Part shown: positions 1 through 52,388 of the stretch, piece after piece | Layout of the letters: every line of letters begins with the position of its first letter | Position numbering within the stretch: the first letter of the stretch is position 1 | DNA from: Paraspadella gotoi | Lineage: Eukaryota; Animalia; Chaetognatha | Assembly (NCBI GenBank): GCA_051294375.1 | Contig: CM119268.1 | Location: 10,640,318 to 10,704,317 of the forward strand | Reading direction: 5' to 3' | DNA: 64,000 nt | Notes under the pieces: model-generated | Told to the model about the DNA's origin: nothing | Databases searched by the model: none | Seen by the model: the letters and a program-made list of their open reading frames with translations, nothing else | Made by a program: the position numbers and the translations under genes

Positions 1-56
1 GACCTACAATTTGTTAATGTCTTTATATGAGATCGAGTGCGGACTTATGATTTTAG

Positions 57-185
<129 letters not shown>

Positions 186-568
186 TAAACCTTGTTTTGA
201 AATTTGATTTCTGAGCAATTTAAAAGTTTTCATTCATATCTAACTTTTAATAATAGATCTCATACATGAAAATTTTAAAATTACTTGTTTCACTATTTTA
301 AGTATTAGATTTTATAATGTTCATTAAAATTATATATTACTAATTCTGGTTTTAGCTTTTGATAATTTACATTAGAAAATATTTTATTATGAATGGGAGA
401 GGGTTTAAGTCAATGTTTCAAATTTATAATTTTCTAAACATCAAATTTATAAACATAGAAGAAATTTAGCCAGTAATTTTTTTCGTCTGTAAGTGTAATA
501 GAATTATTACAAAAATTAATTATTAAGAGAATTTCGTCTAAATTGAAAGTTTGAAACCATGTTTTCAG

Positions 569-709
569 GCCTTGCTGAGCGCACCAAATCCAGACGATCC
601 ATTGGCTAACGATGTCGCTGATCAATGGAAAACCAACGAGAAACTCGCCATTGCGACGGCCAGAGAATGGACGAGGATGTACGCGAAAAAGTCTTCCTCC
701 AAGAAGTGA
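569..709 (+). CDS. UBE2N: UBE2N/Ubc13 terminal exon
   Basis: tttcag acceptor, then [49 protein letters not shown]. Phase-0 join with 57-179. Confidence 0.96.
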   Translation, partial: ALLSAPNPDDPLANDVADQWKTNEKLAIATAREWTRMYAKKSSSKK

Positions 710-1512
710 ATGGTTATCGATGAAGTCCCGGGTTGCATGATGCATAGGTTTCTATCATTTTGTGTATATATTTCTAATTATAATATAAGACTATCTTCCA
801 TTGTTTTAACACTTCTTTTTTTTTTATTAATTTGAGGTTTTGTTTTTGAGAAGAACTAGTAACGGAATCGTTGTGCCACCTTTCGGATTCGCTCGAAAAC
901 TCTCTTTCCTCTTCCAGTCGGTTTCCCCTGAATCCGAAACCGAGAGCGAGAGAGAAAGAGAACGAGAGAGAAGGAGAGAGAGAGCGAGAGAGACAGACAA
1001 AGATGGTTCGGATGGCTCGGCCCAACCCCTTCTCTTTCGCTCGCTCGCTCCATTTTGAAACGGGATCCTAATTCTTAGGTCTGGAAGATATTCGCTAATT
1101 TCTTCATCAAATTTTCCCCCCCTGCTCTTCCAGCAATGTTTACTTCTGGATATGCGTCTCGTAGTTGCCTTTTCTTTTGTGAGGCTTGCAGAAACGAGAA
1201 AGAACTCCCTCACTAATGGAGCAGTGCATCGTCGTCATCGTCATCATCATCATCTTCCTTTCTTCATTCAGCTGAGCTCCCCGTTTTTTGGATTCTCGTC
1301 ACAGCAGTTTTGTGGCCGTTTTTTTACAATTTTTTTTTGGTAAATGGATGAAATCATTTGGATTATTTTTTTTTAATTTTGAAAATCTAGTATATTTTGT
1401 TTTTATTTAAATAACGATTTTGTTTTTTTGTCGGATTAAAAAAAAAATAAATAATAACCACCGAAAAATCAAATTAAATTTATAAATTTTCGGTCAATAT
1501 TTTTGCGCGCCG

Positions 1513-2970
1513 TCAACATTTGTCAACTTTGCTATTTTTGGTTTTCATCACGGGCAACTTTAAGGTAAATTTTAAGTTGTCTGGTATTATTTGAGATACA
1601 TAATATAAATATAATATAAAAATTCTAATGGCGACTAATCCCACGATTACATAGTATTGGTCGGCATTAAAACTGCATGTTCTTTTAAATTGATAGAAAT
1701 AAACGATTTCTTCCTTCGGATCTTTCGGATCCTCTTGATCTTGATTCTTGATTAAGAGACCAATAATTTTGGCGGATTCGTCATGCAACCCGAAATCCTC
1801 GATCGATTCTTTGATGAATCTCTTTCCCTCGGTCTTCTCATCGAATGCATATTTCCCGATCGTTGTTCTAAAAACCTTTTGCCTTCTAGGCATGTCATTC
1901 TCCATCATCAGGCTTTGTCTTGTCAAACGCAGCTAGGAGTAGCACCAATATTATCGCCATTGGTTGGTTACTATCGATTTTCTATTGAATCCCTTGCCGA
2001 CTCGCTTGTTTTTTTAATAACTACTATTAGCTCATATATAGGTATACACAAATTACAAATCTCAACATCAAAGCATTTGGTATCTCTATTTCTCTTTTAT
2101 TTCCCAAGACCAAGTTTTTTTCTCACTCGGTTTTTTTTTTTTTTTTTTTGATTCTCACATTCGTTTCACAAAGGAAATTTGGACCGACAGCGATTCTGGC
2201 GAAGGCAACGCCCCTGATTTGCCCGGTTGTCAGGTGCATTGCCCGATTATAAAGAACGGGCTCAATGGGCAACAACCGGATGCGGATTAGATTTTCCCGA
2301 ATTCCCGTGCCTCTTCGTGCAAACACTTGATGAGTTGATAAGATAGCGAATCGCTATCGCGTCCTATCGAGGACCAAAAACGCGTTGACATGTTCATCGA
2401 TCTACGTAACGGAAACTTTCTCCATATCCTATTTTGGACTTTCCTTATGCGGATTTTTATAAATGATGGCGTGATGTTTACAGTTGTCTAGGTAAAGGTT
2501 TATAAGTACATATTGTTCGTATTATCTTTGTTTAAATGTGGCACTTATGTTTCGGCTGACCGACCATCAGGAATATCCTGTATAATGTATATCTTTTTAC
2601 AAATTGCTATCATCTTACATAAGGTACTTTTTTTGTTAGATGTTGATCAGTTTTAACAGAGCGACATTTTGAGAAAAAAAAGATATGTTGCCTTTCAACG
2701 ACCCTCAAAAGAAGATTGAACGCCGATGAAACTTTCACCAGTGGGGGGTATTTAGAAGCCGAGTCCGCGTCGAGAGTTCCTCCCAATTAACTCCACGCCA
2801 CACCCCACATTCAGCAAAGCGACTTTCTTTCACCCCTTGAGGCTCTTTTGCACCGAAACTTCCCCCTACCATCGTATTTAATACCCAGAAAGTCTTGTTT
2901 TGTAAAGACAGGAAGTCGGAAGTGGTACAGAGCCCACTTTGTTCGGGCCCTATTCATTATCTTAGCTTTT
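1513..2970 (-). pseudogene. Decayed multi-exon gene-like locus of unknown family
   Basis: Exon-like blocks 2487-2159 (cctag acceptor, GTGAGA donor) and 1932 to about 1650 (cctag acceptor) join in phase (PNFLCETN|LRLTRQSLMMENDMPRRQKV...). The upstream block has 3 in-frame TAGs and further upstream blocks show stops or frameshifts. No homology recognised. Confidence 0.35.
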
Positions 2971-5900
2971 GATCTTTTCGTCGGTTCTCAAAATTTGCCC
3001 ATGTCCATGAATCGAAAGAGATGAGCATGGATAAAAGAAAGATGAAAAGACTGAGATATTGAAGCAAGAGTCAAGCGTTTGTTTTATCGATAAAATGGAA
3101 GAAAACTTAATTTGGCTAAAAATATTCAGACTGTATTATTAAACAAGAGATGGGAAAATACTATTAAACTTTAAAAAAAATTATAAAAGAATAAAAAACC
3201 AAAGAAAAAAAAAGTTGGAAGACTTGACGCTCGGTTCTATTTCCGGTGCCTGCGTTTCCGCCGCTCCTTTGCACGCCCCCCCTTTATCCTCTTTCATCTC
3301 AGATGCCAATCTCTAAGCATTCTTTCGGGAAAATGGAGACAAGTTAGAAAGAGGAAAACTATTTATGGTCTCAAGCGCTCTTTCCGATTCCTCTATCCAA
3401 CTTCATCTGAGGTTTCCCTTCTCATCGTTTTCACTCTCTATTCCATATCTTTTTCTCTTTTCTATTTCACTTAGCGAGAAGAACTATCTTTACTGAAGTA
3501 GTTACTATCGTTCGTTCTTTTCCTTATCTCTTTTCTCTCCACCCTTCTCGCGGTCCCACCAATTTTTCGACATGCATCGGTTGGTTTGGATGGCCCCTTC
3601 CAAAACAAAAAAAAAGAATAACTAGGCTCGGTATGTTTTTTGTTCTCTGTCATTGAAAATTGATTGGGCTTTTTTCCGCTTCTTAATTTAGAAAAATAAT
3701 GTCTTTCAAGTCACCGTTGCTGAGTCTGGGCTATGTTTTCTTCTTTCGTAAAGAAATTTTGATACGCTTTTCACGGTATCTTATTTAGGTTCATGACATA
3801 GTCATAGAGGCTGCTTTTCCCGAAAAATCTCGCGCGTTTTATTAAACGGATCGACTTTCATCCATCGTCTGGAACTTCGTCTGGTTCTGTCCCGGTTTTT
3901 TCGTTGCTCCGCCGAATCTTTTTTTTTTTTTTTTTTTTTGATGCAGCCTGTGACTCATAGCCGACGTTCGAGAGAGGGCTGGATTGAGGAGAGGGGGGGC
4001 TTCTCGCCGAATGGTTTGCGCGAAGGGCGAAGGGGGGAATAAAGGGCTCTGCTTGAGGAATAGATGGGGGTTGGGGGGGATGGCGTGAACGAGAGGGCCG
4101 CTCGATGAGGAGGAGGAGGCACACGCGGAGCGAAAAGAAAGACGGAGATGGGGAAGGTGTATCGCAGAGAGAGAGAGAGAGAGAATTTGTTTCGTCGGAT
4201 AAGTCGTCGTCGCGTAACGATGTTTGTACGAGGGGCGAGTTATTTTATTAAGGGATTAGGAAAGAAAGAAGAGAGACACGGGAATCCCCCCTCCCCCTCT
4301 TTTCGGAGAGAAAAAAAACCTTGCGTGGGTAAACTCGTGAATAACAGACGAAGCGTTTGTTTCGTGAAAATTAGCGGGGGTTGGGGGAGTCAATGGCTAA
4401 GCCAAAAGTGAACTTGAGAAATATCTCTTGTCATTTCTTCGCTCTAATAAGTGCATGTCTTTGAAAATCTTTCGTAAATTTTTTAGCATAGCTGAATTGA
4501 AATAATTTTATAAATATGAAATAAATACCTTATAAAAAATTCCACTTTCTCCCTTTAAGATATATTTCTATTTTGCAAGTTTTTTAGACGATTCATATTT
4601 TCAATTTTGGGCAGATGCTCTGCCTCTTGCTCTTTGCTTTTTGAATTAAGCGAAGCAGTGGCGGCCTTGCGGTATTATTATCGGTAACATCTGCATATAA
4701 CCTGAGGTTGATGTCACGAAGGCTTCCTTAGCCTGATTTATTAATACTTTCGATACAAGTGCTTCCAAATTCTTGTTGGAGCAAATAAAGTAAATTCTCG
4801 CAGTCAACATGAAAAAGAGATGTTCCCTTCAGTTTGCTGCATTTTTTTTGGCGTTGGCGCGAACCTAAAGCCTCTGCCTCTTTACACAAAAAAAGAAACC
4901 CAGCCTCTTTTCACTTTTAGAAATTCCCTTCGGGTATTACAAGGAGCGAGAAAGCGAGGGGGAATTGGAGAGAGAGAGAGAGAGAGAAAGAAAGCAAGCA
5001 AGTGACTGCTTCGGCAACTGAATTCCAAATAGGATTCAAAATCTTTTCTCTCCTCGGGCTCCAGGTTTTACGAGACCGGCGCGAATGCATTAGTATAACT
5101 TTCAATTTACTAGGTTCCCATCCTTTGCCCTGGGAGATCCATTAATAGTATTTCCATTCCCATCATCCTTTCGTGCTTCGAGCGCCATCTCTATTTCTCT
5201 GTGCTCAAATTCCGCCGGTTTATGTTTCAGAATTCAGTTCCCCAGCTCGTGTTGCGCTTTTTTTAGCGGTAGAGTCGAAGGAGTGGGGCGGGGAATCTGC
5301 TTTCTTGTTTTCCCCCTTCCCATTAGCTTCTTTATAATTAATTGGTAATGTTTTTATTTGATGCTTTATCGGGGCAGCTTCCGGCTTTGCGACCGTCTAT
5401 TCACTTGTTTTTTAAGTTTCAGCCCTGCGACGTTCTCCCTCATCTCCATTTCGTCGGCGCTATTATAGAAAACTAGTTTAATTCTAAAAAATGTACATTT
5501 TCAAAAATTTTATTCTTTTCTTTCAGTGTAATAATACTCTCAGGTGCCAAAAAAAAAAATCGCGCCACTTTATAACTTTAAATTCCAGATACTCTATAAA
5601 AACTTTTTTAAAAATTATATAAAATTTTTTTAAAAAAAATTAGTGTCTAAATTACAATCTGTCAAGTGGTTTAAGAGATATTATTTTTTAAACTTAAGTA
5701 ATAAGTATTCCAAAACCAATCGCGGAAAATTGACTTTTATCTAAAAGTTTTAGAATCATCGAACTCTGTATATAGGGTGATTTTTAAAGTCTGAAATAAA
5801 GTGGCTCGATTTTTTTGCACATGACTGTTATTTAAAATTGACCGTTTCACTATCACTTGAAAAAGTTTTGTTTTTTGACTTTTAGCCGTGTATTTTTAAA

Positions 5901-8352
5901 CGTTGCACGAAAAATCATTTTTCACCACACGCCTACTTATTCCTGAACCTGAGCTGCGTTTTTGAAAAGGAAACAACTATTGAGAATTTGAAGGAAAAAG
6001 TTTTATGGATCAACTTTGAGCTTTTTTGGCTCAAAGTTTAAACTCCAATATGGTGTATAGGTTGTAGCTTTTCACTGTTGTAATTTATGTATCTACTGAG
6101 CTTGTTGTGACGTTGCTGCTTTGGTTTGACTCTGCTCGACGCTTATTTGCCAAGGTTTTTCGTTCTCTCAGTCAATAAGGAAAGAATTCGACCCCATGAA
6201 CCCTTAGGCTTCGCCTTCGTTTCGCTCCTTTCTCTCTGTCGATTTTGCGAGAAGGGTGTTGCTGCAAGGTATGTGAGACGGGGATCGAAGCATTCTCGGC
6301 ATAACATAGCGCATCATGTTGTAAAATAAATCTTAAAGGTATTTCCCGGTTTACTTGTGCCCATCTATTTGGTAAAATTTTACATTCGCCGACTAGGATT
6401 TTTAAGAAAAAAAAATCTGTTTCTGTGTATATTATATATATATATATATTATATATACACAGAATCGAACATCTCTCTTGAGCCAAATGAAGAGTGTCGT
6501 TCTAAGCAAAAAAAAAAAAAAGATTTTTAAGTTTCTTTCCCAAACCCTCTCTAATTACAACACTCGCGGCAATGATCACATATCTCTCGCACCGCTAAAC
6601 ACAGTTTCACCCCCTATCTCACCACGAATCTAGCTCGCATGTAATTCACACATCAAAGTCAGTTCTCTAAGCCAAGCACATTCACGGCAGCTCCTCGCTA
6701 TTTCGTCGAATTTTCGGTTGGTTTTCTTCCACGAAGAAAAATCCTCTCTGATTTTGCCTAAACTAAAGCTAAAGCCCGATCTTAAATCTTCTGCTCGCAA
6801 TTCTTTAACAACATTCATCCCTCAGAAGGCACACCTTTGTTTTTTTTTTTTCGTTATCGTTTTTATTTTTTAACATGTCGTAAAAGATGTTTCCTCGTGA
6901 ACTCTGCGGCGATTAAACTTTAGCAATCCCAAGGAAAGGATTGATTTAAACCAAATTGACGCCGACAAAAAAAATTTATTCTTGCACCGTTGGTCGTCTG
7001 TTAATATTTTGAATTCAAATAATATTTTTCATTCTTGGACCTGCTGCACATCGTATTGACGTATAATATTATATGAACTTATTATTAAGGCGCTCTAATT
7101 GCACTCAACCCTTGTGATATTTTTATTTTGATTTCGTGATCTCGGTTTGTATTTTCGACTTCGAGAGAGATAACTAGGCGAGGAAACGATCGAGTTAAAT
7201 TCGTGATGGAGTAAGATACGGGAAGAAGATACTTCTTCGGTCACGTGACAACTAGGATTCGCCGCAATCACGTGAGGTCCTGTCTAAAGAAGACGGATGC
7301 TTTCAAATCAAATTCATCCTGTCTAATCAAATCCAAATTGGTAATTTTAGATTGGGCTCGATTTATGAAGAGTTTTGAAAATAATTTATGTACACCCTGT
7401 GCTGTGGACCTGTCCTTCATTAAGTAATTTTGTTTTTGATAAAGAAACCAAGTAATAATCAACTTGACTGAATGAATATATATGTAAGAGTTTTTAGCTT
7501 CTCTGCTCTCATAAATGTAGCAACTCAGGGCCTAGGATATTCGGGCTTCGGTTCAGGCTTGCCCAAACATGAACAGACGTTAACTTCAGGAGTTCGGTTT
7601 TCGAAGACTCACTTTTTCTCGCGGTCGTCGGATTATTCCACGGTTTTTTTTAAAAGATTTATGGATAAGCAATACTGGAATTCTAATTTACCTGTGAGCG
7701 GTCTTTGTCCAAGTCACTTGTGATTTGACTGACGTGAATAAAAAAATTGATTTAGCTATCGAGAAATTAAGATCCGAGACAACGGTAGCCGGGTTGCCAC
7801 GCTGTCGAAAGTTATTTTTCCCGCCTTTCAGTTGATTCCCTTGTCTCAACTAGCTTAGCTCGAGACTAGTTAACTTGTTCCCAAGCTTCTTGTGAATTTT
7901 TGCGGTTGGTGGAATGCGATTGAACAACTTTTTGTTTTACGGCCAACCTTTAATCTGACATGACAACCGTTGTTGTTTCATTCTCGCCTTTTCGGAAAAT
8001 AACGCCTCCCCTTTCCGAGTCGTCCCGACTTTTTCTCAAGCCATTTCCGTTCAAAAAAAAGGAAGAGAACATTCCCGCAGCGGTCGATCTCCAGCTGCAG
8101 TTGCACCCGGCAACCGGGTTGCAGCTTCAACTTAGAGAGACTTAAAGGAAAAGTCGCTTTCGCTTTTTCCGTCGCAGGAATTTAATGAATAAAAAGCTGA
8201 TTCCGCCGGATTTTCAATGAAGCTCTTTCTCCGTTTTTCTCGCGGGCGGTTTTGCTATCTTTGGAACTGCTTCCATCCCCGAGGATAACTCTTGTCCCGG
8301 GACTTAATAGGAAAGTATTTATTTTATTAATACTTCATAGACCCGCTCAAAT

Positions 8353-8500
8353 ATAAATATTTAGGTCAAATTTTACTTTCACCGACCGGGGTTTTGGCGT
8401 CTTTTGAAAAATTACCCCTAACCCCCCTTAAGCCTTAAGCCCCCTAACACTAACCCCCCAAACCAACGGTCGGTGAAAGTAAAATTAACCTGATATTTAT
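8353..8500. mobile_element. MITE-like element with terminal inverted repeats and a telomere-like (CCCTAA-type) core
   Basis: Perfect 20-bp IR AATTTTACTTTCACCGACCG (8369-8388 / 8467-8486), extending imperfectly to about 35 bp. Interior reads cccctaacccccc...cccctaacactaacccccc. Confidence 0.7.
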
Positions 8501-9909
8501 GTAATAGAAAGATTTTACTTTAATCCAACTATTAAAGTATAATCTAACGTAAAATTAAATTTATCACGTTTTAAAATTTATTTCTTCCTATTTACCAAGT
8601 CAACCGTTTCGAGAGAGGTGCTTCGTTAATCTGCTTTTTATGCTGGGAGGGAGAGAATGCTTATTTTCTATTCCATTGATCCAAGACAGTTTCTCTCCAT
8701 TTTTCAACGGAGAAAATTTTTTTCTTTCAATTTTTTCATTTCTTTAATTCCTGATTTTCAAAAGAAAAATGTCGACGCATATTCGTTTTGTAAAAATAGA
8801 ATCGACCAATTTTTTTTTCTGTTACGTATTTCATTCACCCAGACGCAGTCAAATCCGGCTATAGTCAGAAGAGATGAATTATTATTCGACATATTTTGAT
8901 TTTCCTAGCCGCTTCTTTGAAAAAAAATTTTCATATCAAATCTATTTTCTGATATCTTGCATATTATTCTTTAAGTAAAATACCTTGGGCGAACAAAACC
9001 TCGCCGAACTAATCATGATTATGAAATCAAATTTGGTGATTATGAAATCGCTCTGAAATCGCGGTAGATTAATGCTCGAGAACAGACAAAGAATCTCAAC
9101 TCTCAAATCGCGTTCCCTCCCGCATCTCCCAAGTAAAAAAAAAAATTGTGAAAGCTCCTCGGAGCGCAGAAACCCCGGGGGAAGAAAAGTAGTCGGCAAT
9201 CCGAACCATGACCTGAATGGAAATAAAACCTCGCCGTCGTATGGAATCGGGTCTTTAATCGAAAAACGTCCGCCGACGCCGACAAGCGGTCGGGCGGACA
9301 AATCGAAACGTCCTCGAGGAAAATATTGATGGACGCGAGGGAAAACACGTCAAAGTTGGCGAACGAGTCTCAACGATTTGGATTTTAAGACAAACGAAAA
9401 AAATCTCTACAAAAAAAAATCTACCTCAACTGAAAAAAAAAACTCTTTCATTGCAACAAAATAACGATCTAAAAAAAACCAGGAAATAATATTATAAAAC
9501 CCGGCGAAAATCGTGCAAGAATAAATCTTACGTTTCCAGCGATGCTTTTCCGCTTCTTCTGACGTGCGGGTCACGAATCGATCAAAGCTTCAAAGTGCGT
9601 TCTTGTGAAAAAAAACAAAACCTGTAACCGTAAATTAGGACTCGCAAATCTCTCGCGACGTTATCGAATCACAAGATTGAACTTACTTAGTCTCTTTCGC
9701 GGAATGTTTAATTTGGCAGAGAAAACGGCGTCAAATACGACAGAATAAAATATCCGCGGATTACTTTTTGTTCGGAAAATAATATTATGGTGTCAACTCT
9801 CGACCGAAAACCCTCGCGCTCTTTAATTCATCAACCACACAGACGCCGCCCGCCTGAGAAGATTGGATATGGCGACGCCTTGGGGCGAGAAAAAGTCGCC
9901 GATCGGAGC

Positions 9910-9996
9910 GTCGACGTGACGTTGGAGCCAAAACCGTTAAGGTACTAAAAGGGCGGGGTTGTGGGCGTAAAAAGGGCGGCACTTGGTCGTTAGTTG
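9910..9996 (+). promoter_or_regulatory. Candidate Robo promoter (GC boxes, CRE-like site, Inr-like TTAGTT)
   Basis: GGGCGGGG at 9951-9958, further GGGCG motifs, TGACGT, and TTAGTT near 9990, 1.7 kb upstream of the Robo ATG exon. Motif-only evidence. Confidence 0.25.
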
Positions 9997-11689
9997 ATCC
10001 ATCGCCAACCTACATTATTAACCGCATGGGAAACCCACACAAGATTAATATCCTTCGATTACGTTTTGGGACCAGATACTTTTTTTTTACTCGATGTCGG
10101 TTTCGAAAGTTCGTGCCTCCGCCTTCCTCTGTATTCCGAACCTCTAATTAATTTTTTAGCTTCTAATTATTTCTTCCTCTTTTTATTCCATTTTTTCATT
10201 TCCTTCCGAAGTGGTTCCTTCGTTTTTTTACAAGGCGCTTTTCGAAGTCGTCTTGACCTCGAAAGCAGAAAGATCCCAGCCAGATGATTATTAATCAAAA
10301 GATGGAATTTTGAGTCAACAATTTTTAAAAAAATATTAAATACATATTTCCTTGTAGGGAATTTGCATTCGAGGCAAGGGAATCGTTTTCATTTCGCGAA
10401 ATGTGCGAATCTCTGTTATTCCTTTTATTTCCCTCGATAAATTTCCAAACGTCTTCCAATTTCTCGAATCGAATTGAGAAAGAGACGCTAATCCTGTCTG
10501 CGTCGGAGCCAACGAGGAAAAAGAGACAGTCAGAGAGTCGGCGAAAGAATATCCATAAGATTCCCAATGAATTATTCATCGGGGAATTTTTTTCCTTTTT
10601 TTTCCCCCTCCTTAAAACTTTCTCTCTAGATGGTTATATGGAGAGTTTTTCTCTCTCTCATGTTGCATGGTGCTCTCACCATTAGGCTTTTCTCTCACGC
10701 TTGCCACTCCCACTCTTTTCTGTCTTTGGCGTCCAACGCTGCCCAGGACCTATTGTTCACGAGGCTTTCATCGATAATTTTTTGTCTGTTGTGACGTTTA
10801 AAAAAAATTAACTCGAGTTTTATTTTGTTTTCCTCGCTTTCTTTCTCTTTCCCAAGGCGATTACAAGGCAACTCGTGATGTAAAATAATCTTTGTTTTAT
10901 TCTCTCAGCGTTATAGCTGCCCACGCGTTCTCAACCTTTTATTTATCAACGTTTTCATCCGGCTTTCATTCCTCTGCCGTCGTAACTGCTCCGTTATTGT
11001 ATATTCAAAATATTATTGGCTCTTTTGGCGCCGGATGATTTTCTTTTAAATTTTTTTATATTAAGTTATTTTTTACCATTTTCAAGTTTACCTACAATTG
11101 GTGAGATTTTGTTTTGACTAGACATCTTTAAAATTTTCTCTATTGTGAAATTAAAATTAACTGTTTCTAAAATTAACTATAACAAATAAATCTTAACCAT
11201 CAGTTAGAATAACCATTATTATTCTATCGTTGGCGCCATGTTGTTACGACCATTCCCCATTACGGCCTCGGGGACTCTCTCTGACGCTTACCCCCTCCCC
11301 TCCTTTACTTCTAAATGGATTTTCAAGTTCTGTTTTTCTCAAATTTTTTTCTCGTTATTTTATTTTAATCTATTCTGTTTCTGTTTCCGATCATTTTAGC
11401 ATTTTTTAAATCCAACGAAAAATATGAAACCTTTAAATTTTCTTGAGATTCATGGCGGCTATTATTGTAACTGTTAATGATAAATTTGTTTGAAGTATAA
11501 CATTCAAGCGTTAATTAATTCTGCCGCCACCTTGGCGGAGAGTACGTAAGAAATTAAGAAAACTCTGGTGTTCATTCATTGATTAAAAATCCTTTGAGCG
11601 TGCTGTAATATTTGAATATTTAATCCGCGTTTTGCCCCCATTTTTCTTTCGCTCGCAGGTCGTCGATCCCCCCATTTTTCGCCCCGGCG

Positions 11690-51638
<39,949 letters not shown>

Positions 51639-52114
51639 ATTTGCTCCATCAAGAAGTAAAGTTTGTTTTTATTAAATTTCTTCCATCTCTTTCCCTCCTT
51701 TTTCTCTCTTCCGCTGCTGGCATCGTGGATTCCGTAAATTGGAAATTTCTCTTGCATTCTCTCTCCCGCGCCAGTTGTATTGGCTTCTGGTCTCAATTCG
51801 GCCGATCAGCGTCTTATAGCCTGAAAACGCACACCAGAAGACTTTTTTTTTGTGCCGTCTTCGCTCTCTCCAGACTCCACGTCACTATACTTGACTTTTC
51901 CCTCTCGTGTCATTTTCCGCCTTTGAATTCCTTCGTACGAAACAAATTGGAAAAAAGAAAAAAAAATATTTGGATTAACACCAGCCTGCATCCACCCTTT
52001 CGTCAACGCTTTCCTCCTTCCATATTATTTCACCTCCCCCGCCCCGCCCCCCCCCGAAAAAATCTCACAAACGGCTCAAAACAACGTTGATATCGAACTT
52101 ACTGAATTCCGTGA

Positions 52115-52388
52115 TGCGACGTCAACGACGTGACCCTCGCACGACTCACGCACGTGACCTCGCCCGCGCAAAAACATCCGTTGCTAACTGTCCCTAGTCG
52201 GCGCCACCGACATCTGGTCCCCCCGCGGTGAGAGACGGCAGGTGCGGTCGTCCGAACTTGATTCGGACCTGGCATCTGTCATTTGCGGCGTGGCTTGGTT
52301 GACCCTTGGGCACTGACTCCTTGCCACGGCGTCTTTCTCATCATCCTGCGGCGCGACCCGCGAAGCGCCTCTTTCCGTTACCCATTGG
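52115..52388 (+). promoter_or_regulatory. GC-rich putative promoter and structured non-coding first exon
   Basis: GACGTCA, CACGTG, TGACCT and GTTGCTA motifs at 52118-52190; G-U-containing hairpin 52223-52288; ends at the strong donor TGG|GTGAGT. Confidence 0.4.

Noticed and set aside
2800-2880. Minus-strand peptide MVGGSFGAKE resembling a xanthine-dehydrogenase molybdopterin motif
   Set aside because: No flanking similarity, and the frame is short and closed by stops.
5768-6060. TATAGGGTG start resembling a Tc1/mariner TIR, plus a 10-bp hairpin at 6012-6038
   Set aside because: No matching opposite TIR or transposase remnant found.
52200-52290. Short similarities to the 7SK 5' stem (CGACATCTG, TTGATTCGG)
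   Set aside because: Lacks the paired GATC motifs and a + strand Pol III terminator; the region ends in a splice donor.
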